Of a DNA stretch of 64,000 nucleotides, positions 57,631 to 64,000 are shown in pieces. This DNA is from a virus. Position 1 is the first letter of the stretch. Each line of letters begins with the position of its first letter. The translations under genes were made by a program, and so were the position numbers. Location of the stretch: the IMG/VR virus record IMGVR_UViG_3300028573_000014, positions 1 to 64,000 of that record; one strand, written 5' to 3'. The notes beneath the pieces were generated by a model that saw only the letters and a list, made by a program, of their open reading frames with translations, did not search any database and was not told where the DNA came from.

Positions 57631-58380
57631 ATGTTAACCAATGGTTGTAGAGTAGCAGGCATATACGATGGCAAGTCATTTACTGGCAACTTGTATGAGT
57701 TAAATCATATTAGCAGTATTGAGTTAGACAATGGGATCATAGGGTTTGACGGGCGATATACTGAGCGCTTGCATATGTACACTGATAACCATAAGGCAAG
57801 CCAGCAATTTTGGGAAATCCCAGAATCCCCGGTTAATAGTGAATATGCCATTGGTGATCTCTCCGAGATTGCACGCGAATCCCTTGCCAAACAATTTAAG
57901 CCTGTAAAGTTAAGTGAATATCGCGCTATGGTGCAAAATAGGTTAATGACCTATAAGACGGTAAAGCAGGCAGTAACTTGTGAATATGGTCATAAGCATA
58001 TGATTGATCGTCGTGTCCCGGTTGCGCCTGCTATCGATGAGAAGCTTCTCAATATTGAATTCTTTTTCTACTGTTTAGCAGAATACGCGCGTTATCTGGA
58101 GGAACGTGAGTATGTGGCACGTAACGAAACGTGGAATCGCCTGGCTCGCAAGTTGTCATTGTCGGCAATTGCCTATGATGGCACGTTTGAGGGACTAGAT
58201 ACAGAGACAATTAAGCATATACGTGCGGAATTGTCGAAGCAATACGACGATCTATGCTTCGATTATCAGGTCAAAATCTATGGTGCGAAGTATATGCCGC
58301 GTCATATCCGATCTTGTGAGCTATGCTACAAAAACGATCTAGGCAAGCGTTATAGTGCTTACCTCGAAGGGATTAAATAA
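57631..58380 (+). CDS. Early hypothetical protein
   Basis: AGGGG SD before ATG 57631. Confidence 0.65.
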   Translation: MLTNGCRVAGIYDGKSFTGNLYELNHISSIELDNGIIGFDGRYTERLHMYTDNHKASQQFWEIPESPVNSEYAIGDLSEIARESLAKQFKPVKLSEYRAMVQNRLMTYKTVKQAVTCEYGHKHMIDRRVPVAPAIDEKLLNIEFFFYCLAEYARYLEEREYVARNETWNRLARKLSLSAIAYDGTFEGLDTETIKHIRAELSKQYDDLCFDYQVKIYGAKYMPRHIRSCELCYKNDLGKRYSAYLEGIK

Positions 58381-58382
58381 CT

Positions 58383-58901
58383 ATGTGTAACGCGAAGCAT
58401 GCCTATAAATCAGCATACCGTAAAGAGCGCCAGTACTTTAACAACCTGATAAATCCCCTGGATTATCATGATCGCTATGTCGATACTCTACAGGAAAAAC
58501 AGACTCGTGAGACCTATATGTTTTGGGACGGTATGCAGAATCCGTGGAGTAATGATCGTTACTTCGATGCAATGATCGCCTGCTATGCATCGAAGTCAAT
58601 CTATACGCTTAAAGTACGATCTATGATGCTATGTCAATCATGTGGTGCGGTAAGTGATGAGTTAGACCATGATACTTGTCCTCATTGCCTGCTTATGGCG
58701 AGTCAGGCACTACTTAACGCTGCCAATGATACTTATGAGGATATCGCCAAAATATGGATCAATACCTTCGTGTGGCGTGATGATAATTACTTCGAGATTC
58801 AGCGCTTATACGATGATGCAAGCCAGCACGTGCAAGCAATGATCAATCTACAGGATGAGTATCATGTGGCATATTACAATGCCACCGGTAAGGAATCCTA
58901 A
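58383..58901 (+). CDS. Early hypothetical protein with Zn ribbon
   Basis: CQSCG...CPHC; N-terminus similar to 59752..60162. Confidence 0.65.
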   Translation: MCNAKHAYKSAYRKERQYFNNLINPLDYHDRYVDTLQEKQTRETYMFWDGMQNPWSNDRYFDAMIACYASKSIYTLKVRSMMLCQSCGAVSDELDHDTCPHCLLMASQALLNAANDTYEDIAKIWINTFVWRDDNYFEIQRLYDDASQHVQAMINLQDEYHVAYYNATGKES

Positions 58902-58902
58902 C

Positions 58903-59136
58903 ATGATCCTGCTACTATGTGCAAAGAATCCACGCACGAAGCAGGAACGAAACTACATTCTAAAAATGTGCTATAAGGCTGCCCGCGCGGTAAATGGCGA
59001 TAAGACTGGGAATAATAATGGATCGAGAGTCTTAGATGGCAAGGTGATCATTGTAGACTTAGCTGGCAATGCCAGAATTGAAACACAGACAACATATACT
59101 CATCGCCCGCTCTTCACATGGATAGACCAGGACTAA
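58903..59136 (+). CDS. Early hypothetical protein
   Basis: AAGGA SD. Confidence 0.55.
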   Translation: MILLLCAKNPRTKQERNYILKMCYKAARAVNGDKTGNNNGSRVLDGKVIIVDLAGNARIETQTTYTHRPLFTWIDQD

Positions 59137-59142
59137 AACAAC

Positions 59143-59739
59143 ATGAAAACTAAACGACAAGTTGCGCCAATGCTCACAAAAAACCAGTTGATTGATCTAC
59201 TCATTACAGGAATCGCGCATGAACTTGTGAGCGATTATAAAAGCAACTATCCCTCGATTCAAACGCCTGCTAAGAATTACAAGACAATTGAGAAGTTAGT
59301 AAAAACAGGCGTTTTTAAATGGTCTCGCATATACCAATCGGGTGATCATGGTGCTGGCGTATACTTTACTGAGCAGGCGCTAAAACGATATGAGAAAATG
59401 ATCCGAGATCGCGCTTATGGGATCGTGCTCCGAGAGTCAATCTTTGATCTTAAATACGCTCCGAGATTGCGTGAACAGTTTGCAAACGAATCATGGTTAA
59501 AGTACTGCAATACCGAGCCAACTATCTGGCGCTGGTGGAATCACGGTAAGGGAAGTGCTTTTGAGTTTTTAGAGATAACGTTTACTAATGGGCTGGATCA
59601 ACGTGTCGAGATTAACTGCAATTATGACACCGATTGTATGGTCTCTTATGAGGAACGTTTACAACATGCTGATCTGCAATACTCACGCGCTGAAATTGCA
59701 CGTCTACCAATGGTAGAGCTATATCCCTTCTCACTATAG
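59143..59739 (+). CDS. Early hypothetical protein
   Basis: AGGA SD. Confidence 0.65.
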   Translation: MKTKRQVAPMLTKNQLIDLLITGIAHELVSDYKSNYPSIQTPAKNYKTIEKLVKTGVFKWSRIYQSGDHGAGVYFTEQALKRYEKMIRDRAYGIVLRESIFDLKYAPRLREQFANESWLKYCNTEPTIWRWWNHGKGSAFEFLEITFTNGLDQRVEINCNYDTDCMVSYEERLQHADLQYSRAEIARLPMVELYPFSL

Positions 59740-59751
59740 AGGATTCTAACT

Positions 59752-60162
59752 ATGAACACTAAACAAGCCTATGTCGAAGCCTACCGCGTATACCGTCAAT
59801 TTGATGGATCTTGCACCAATTTACAACTATATAGAACGTCTATACTTTGCAAGTATGGCACTATAGGCGCGAAGGCAATTGAATCGAGGGATAACCGATC
59901 CTATGCTTCGCCAATGCCAACAAAAAAGCATGCTTATCCTGCTATTTATCGGGCAACCTATCGGTTAGGGCAAATGTACGAACGTTCGATCTTGCTGGCA
60001 AGGTTTACACGCAATCCAGGAGACTACGACAAGGCGATAGAAGCGGAAAAGATCTTAGATGGCCTGGTGCGAAGCAATCCAGAACACTGGTTATATACTG
60101 ATTTTGTCAATGGGCGCAATTCCATCCGCGCGGCCCGACAATTGGAGTTGATCAATTTATAA
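59752..60162 (+). CDS. Early hypothetical protein
   Basis: GAGGA SD. Confidence 0.65.
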   Translation: MNTKQAYVEAYRVYRQFDGSCTNLQLYRTSILCKYGTIGAKAIESRDNRSYASPMPTKKHAYPAIYRATYRLGQMYERSILLARFTRNPGDYDKAIEAEKILDGLVRSNPEHWLYTDFVNGRNSIRAARQLELINL

Positions 60163-60173
60163 CACTTTCGTTA

Positions 60174-60202
60174 TTGACAGTACACTGTAAACCTGCTACA
60201 AT
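60174..60202 (+). promoter_or_regulatory. Early promoter P3
   Basis: TTGACA-17bp-TACAAT. Confidence 0.85.
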
Positions 60203-60232
60203 TCGATACATAAGCAAATGAGGGACTAAACC

Positions 60233-61852
60233 ATGACAGTAACAAACAACATGCGCCAGAATTGGCAACAATTGAGCGTAAAAAGCAATAATCCTGATTT
60301 CAAGCCTTTCTATGTGCCAATGGCGACAAGCTACCAGGGACGGCGCGCCAATTATGATTATGCAAGGGTTGAGTATACTTTCGAGTACTGGGCAAAGTCA
60401 TTGCAAGGCGAAGCGTCGAATGATCCTTACCTGAGCAATCATGATACAGCATACTTCGCCGACGAATACCGGCAGGCTTATGAAAAGTTTTTAGATAAGT
60501 TTGCCAGCATCGAAGCAGACAAGCGCCAAAAGGATGAGCACGCGGTAAGGATCGCGCTATATCATGCCAACGTGGCAAACGAAACAACATTCGACATTGC
60601 CAGCTATGCCAACGATATGATCTCGGATTATGAGCATAGCGCCGGGTCAATTGTGTCAAGTGTCCTCCAGGAGAATTTAGAGCAGGCGCTTAAACTGCTA
60701 GAAAAAGGATACGGTAAAACGCCAGATCAACATATGGTGCAGATTAAATCTGGCAAGTATGAATTGCAATTAACTGCTACCAATGGTTCTATGTGGTTAC
60801 AAACTGGCGTTACTTATGCGCCAGGGCTGCCGGTTAATATCTTCCTTCCCGCGAAGCGCTTGCAAGACCTGGTTAAGGCATTGCCAGCATTTAGAATCGA
60901 TATGAATACCACGACGCGCGAAGTTGACAGTATTAAGCACTTATACGCGCCTGCTTTGCACCTTGTGTCTGGTTGCGCTAGTGCCAATGTGATCGGCACT
61001 AGAACGCCTAAAAAGGTGCGGGAAATGCCAGCGCTACCAATTGGTGACTATATCCTGATTAATGATGTTATTGGCTTTCGTAGCAAGTTGGAGCAGGCGC
61101 TTGCAATAACGGCAAAAAATGATCGTCGCCCTATACTCGAATGTGTAAACCTCAAGATTGAGAATAACACGCTATCGATTGTCGCCGCGGATGGCTGGCG
61201 CTTGTCGGTAGATAAGATCGAAGTTGAATCGGGCGATATCGCTGGCAATTGGAATTTACACAATACTGATATCCGCGCTTTACTGGCAATACTGCCAGCC
61301 AAAAACGCTCAATCTACATTGACTCTAAGCACGGCGGGCGAGTGTATGTTTTTTGTGTATGATCGCGTGATTGCCTGCTTTACCGCTGTTAAGGGAAAGT
61401 TTCCAGATTATGATCAGATTATTCCTCGTCAACCTGCTATGAACGTAGCGTTAAACCTTAACGATACTATCCGCCAGATAAAGAGTCTCAAACCCTTCTA
61501 TAAGGAAAGCGCTAATACTGTCAAAATTGAGATTGTCCAGGGGACAAGCGGCAATATATATCATGATCCTGCTACCGTAACACTGAGCGCCACAAGCCAG
61601 GAAAAAGGATCTAGAACGGTAGAGCTTAGAGCAGGCGAGTCAACCGGTAATATCAAGGCTTCGGTCAATGGTGCTTACTTGCTGGAGATACTCGAAAAAA
61701 TGGCGAAGGCGCTACCCAAAACAAAAAGCACCATTGAGCCTTCCTTCCTGCTCAGTTTGAGCGATCAAGCACCCTGGAAGATCGACTCGTGGGACGCGCA
61801 AGGCTGCCCGGGTACGACTTATGTTATTATGCCAATGAGTGAACCACGCTAG
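60233..61852 (+). CDS. dnaN: DNA polymerase III beta-clamp homologue with N-terminal extension
   Basis: LQENLEQAL, LTATN, RPILECV, VAADGWRL, GKFPDYDQIIP, VNGAYLLEIL, YVIMPM. Confidence 0.85.
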   Translation: MTVTNNMRQNWQQLSVKSNNPDFKPFYVPMATSYQGRRANYDYARVEYTFEYWAKSLQGEASNDPYLSNHDTAYFADEYRQAYEKFLDKFASIEADKRQKDEHAVRIALYHANVANETTFDIASYANDMISDYEHSAGSIVSSVLQENLEQALKLLEKGYGKTPDQHMVQIKSGKYELQLTATNGSMWLQTGVTYAPGLPVNIFLPAKRLQDLVKALPAFRIDMNTTTREVDSIKHLYAPALHLVSGCASANVIGTRTPKKVREMPALPIGDYILINDVIGFRSKLEQALAITAKNDRRPILECVNLKIENNTLSIVAADGWRLSVDKIEVESGDIAGNWNLHNTDIRALLAILPAKNAQSTLTLSTAGECMFFVYDRVIACFTAVKGKFPDYDQIIPRQPAMNVALNLNDTIRQIKSLKPFYKESANTVKIEIVQGTSGNIYHDPATVTLSATSQEKGSRTVELRAGESTGNIKASVNGAYLLEILEKMAKALPKTKSTIEPSFLLSLSDQAPWKIDSWDAQGCPGTTYVIMPMSEPR

Positions 61853-61868
61853 AAAGTTGCTATACTTT

Positions 61869-61902
61869 GGTGATTGACAGATAATTGTCAATCACCTATA
61901 CT
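61869..61902 (+). promoter_or_regulatory. Early promoter P4 overlapped by an 11-bp palindrome
   Basis: TTGACA(61874)-17bp-TATACT; GGTGATTGACA-gataat-TGTCAATCACC. Confidence 0.85.
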
Positions 61903-61938
61903 AAACCTACACGACGCGAACAATTGGAGAAAACAACT

Positions 61939-62601
61939 ATGTATAAATCAAACGACACAACCAGCAAAGTTAAGACCCTCGCCGACGAACTTTACAGCGC
62001 CTTCCAGAACGACAAGCGCAACGATGGGACAGAGTTTGTACATTTGAAGGATGGATCGCCAGAATGGATGACTCAGGTTATCCACACGGCACACGGTGAC
62101 AAGTTCCCCGATGATACCGTTTACGAATTTGTATATCGCGCGGCGATGGCGCTGGCAGACGCTGGCGATTATTTACAGGATGCCATCTCGGAGATTGAGC
62201 CAGATATCTATACTCATGATTTAACCGCGTGGCTTCATGCACGGGTGGATCACATTGAGTATATTGATCAGGCTATCTCGGAATTCGGGCAATTTGACAG
62301 CGGTTTCAACCTGCTCTCAGCGGCCCAGAAAATGCAGATCGATGAGATTAGTTACAGTGTACTGTCAAGCCTGGAAAGCCTCGCAGATGACGCAATAGAG
62401 GAAGAATACCAGGCAGACGAAGAAGAAGAATCACACGGCTTTGACTGGGATAATTATCCGCCGATTCAGTCTCGATTTTACTTCGATCAATTGTGGAAGG
62501 GACGCGATTATTTGCTGGCGGATGTTCACAATAACGATCTAGTCCTGGCTGATCTCGATTATTGGTTCTGGCTTGATACCAATACCTACAGCGCCGAATA
62601 A
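61939..62601 (+). CDS. Ocr-like acidic DNA-mimic (putative anti-restriction) protein
   Basis: Very Asp/Glu-rich; DYLQDAISEIEPDIYTHDL resembles the T7 Ocr core; EEEYQADEEEE tract. Confidence 0.55.
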   Translation: MYKSNDTTSKVKTLADELYSAFQNDKRNDGTEFVHLKDGSPEWMTQVIHTAHGDKFPDDTVYEFVYRAAMALADAGDYLQDAISEIEPDIYTHDLTAWLHARVDHIEYIDQAISEFGQFDSGFNLLSAAQKMQIDEISYSVLSSLESLADDAIEEEYQADEEEESHGFDWDNYPPIQSRFYFDQLWKGRDYLLADVHNNDLVLADLDYWFWLDTNTYSAE

Positions 62602-62616
62602 GCCAGCGTAAACCGC

Positions 62617-62638
62617 GCGGACCTGGCAACAGGTCCGC
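62617..62638 (+). terminator. GCAA-tetraloop hairpin
   Basis: GCGGACCTG-GCAA-CAGGTCCGC. Confidence 0.6.
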
Positions 62639-62675
62639 TATACCTCATCAAAGCATAAGAGAAGGCTAAAACACT

Positions 62676-63317
62676 ATGAAAACAGACAATATACACGGCT
62701 TCACAGTAGGACCAGCAAAGATCGGCACAAACAAGATCGCTATCACACGAATCTCAACCGGTAGGGTTGTTCGCTCCTTCAATGCTAGCGATGCTTATAC
62801 CAATTGCCAGCAGGCGCTTGAATGGCTCAAGGAAAACAAAAAAGGCGCTCCGATCTATGTCTCCGACTCTGAGCCGAAATTCTCGCAGTATGTGATCGAT
62901 CATCCTGGCAATGGATACTATGATAAAGCGACCAGCAAGCGCATTAACGCGGCAGCCCAAAAGATCGAGGCGATCAAGTATCTGCAAACCATCGTTAAAC
63001 CAGGCCAAACCGTCTCGGTCTCGCTGGTTAGCGTGGCACGCTCCGGCCTGAGCAGGCGAGTCAAGTTGTTCTATACCGTGAAGGGTCAAAACCTGAATAT
63101 TACAGCCTGCGCGGCGACTATTCTGGGCTGGCATTATGACGGGGACTCGGTGCGTGTCGATGGCTGCGGCACAGATGCGGCGTTCCAGGTTGTGTATCAC
63201 CTTTCCAGCGCTCTATACCCGAAAGGCGCAAAAGTGCCCGCCAGCTATCGCGGGAAGAAGGATGCAAGCGGTTTTGTTCGTGATGGCGGTTATGTTCTGC
63301 TGAATCGCTGGCTATAA
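62676..63317 (+). CDS. Conserved phage hypothetical protein
   Basis: VARSGLSR...VDGCGTDAAFQVVYHL. Confidence 0.7.
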   Translation: MKTDNIHGFTVGPAKIGTNKIAITRISTGRVVRSFNASDAYTNCQQALEWLKENKKGAPIYVSDSEPKFSQYVIDHPGNGYYDKATSKRINAAAQKIEAIKYLQTIVKPGQTVSVSLVSVARSGLSRRVKLFYTVKGQNLNITACAATILGWHYDGDSVRVDGCGTDAAFQVVYHLSSALYPKGAKVPASYRGKKDASGFVRDGGYVLLNRWL

Positions 63318-63377
63318 ACTGACAGATCGCACGTAAGCACGCTATACCCGAAAAGCAATAGAGAAAGACAGCGCAAC

Positions 63378-64000
63378 ATGAAAACACAATTGACTCCACG
63401 GACAAGTATCAAGACTATTCAGCAAATGATCGCAGATGATTTCCAGGTCTTTATCGACAATGATCTGGCTGAAAACATCCGCAAGCACGCAGGCCGCGAT
63501 CTGATCGTGTGGACTCCTGATCATTTAAAGTGTGTAGCCAATGATCTGCAACTTGAGATTATGACTAACAGCATTGTGTGGTTTGGCACTGGCTATACCA
63601 ATAAGGAATGGAACATTGAAGCGCCAAACCAGATAGATGATTGGAATACTGTTATCAACCATCTCACAACGCCAGAGTTTGATCCCTTCGTGGATGAGTG
63701 GCACGCCGATCAACTTCGCGGTGCATCGTTTGAGTTTGTGCGCACCTTCCTGGATCAGTCTAATAATGATTATTGGTACTGGGAAGACTACAACGTATAC
63801 CCGTTTGAGCATCAGGCGCAGCCCGTTGTCAAGTTGACCGCGTATCGGCTCGGCCTGCTGCGAGATTGTAACCGCGAAAATGGGATCGATGCGCAGACAT
63901 TGACGCGCTTTAAACCACAGGCAAAAAGCGCTGTAAACTGGCTCATCCGACAGGGACTCATGATCAAGCATAAGAATGGCGACATGTTTGTAGCCCTTCT
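63378..64000 (+). CDS. Hypothetical protein, truncated by the window end
   Basis: Open frame MKTQLTPRTS... read manually to the end of the sequence. Confidence 0.65.
   Translation, partial: MKTQLTPRTSIKTIQQMIADDFQVFIDNDLAENIRKHAGRDLIVWTPDHLKCVANDLQLEIMTNSIVWFGTGYTNKEWNIEAPNQIDDWNTVINHLTTPEFDPFVDEWHADQLRGASFEFVRTFLDQSNNDYWYWEDYNVYPFEHQAQPVVKLTAYRLGLLRDCNRENGIDAQTLTRFKPQAKSAVNWLIRQGLMIKHKNGDMFVAL

Larger units (their letters stand above)
1..64000. mobile_element. Tailed phage genome segment (siphovirus-like, probable phage-plasmid)
   Basis: Ordered terminase-portal-capsid-tail-lysis module, dense small accessory ORFs, ParM/ParR-like pair, no integrase and no host housekeeping operon. Confidence 0.95.

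Noticed and set aside
1-64000. tRNA/rRNA genes, integrase, reverse transcriptase/DGR, alternative genetic code
   Set aside because: No cloverleaf signature, recombinase or RT motif noticed by eye; long genes read through in the standard code

Overview
The whole window is a tailed dsDNA phage genome segment with a siphovirus-type non-contractile tail. No integrase is visible, but a ParM/ParR-like partition pair suggests a phage-plasmid lifestyle. A Chloroflexota-like host is a weak inference. Layout: (1) 0.4-3.2 kb, + strand: RHH regulator, ParM, ParR-like protein, SGNH hydrolase. (2) 3.3-28.6 kb, - strand: lysis, tail, head and packaging genes, including a 1125-aa 2H-phosphoesterase/protease/scaffold/major-capsid polyprotein, a portal-MuF fusion and a -1 frameshifted tail chaperone. 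(3) 28.7-54.4 kb, - strand accessory region: a sugar-modification cluster (3 glycosyltransferases, DegT aminotransferase, 2 methyltransferases), thyX and many small ORFs. (4) 55.4-64 kb, + strand, visibly more AT-rich early arm: consensus sigma70 promoters, a beta-clamp homologue, an Ocr-like acidic protein and about 26 copies of AGCAGGC. The most novel signal is at 29.8-41.3 kb, where short stand-alone ORFs copy pieces of the phage's own virion and packaging proteins: a terminase ATPase with altered Walker motifs, a terminase nuclease, a portal segment, the tail-fibre N-domain and, more weakly, capsid peptides. This is a candidate decoy or dominant-negative system. All homology calls are by eye, without database searches.
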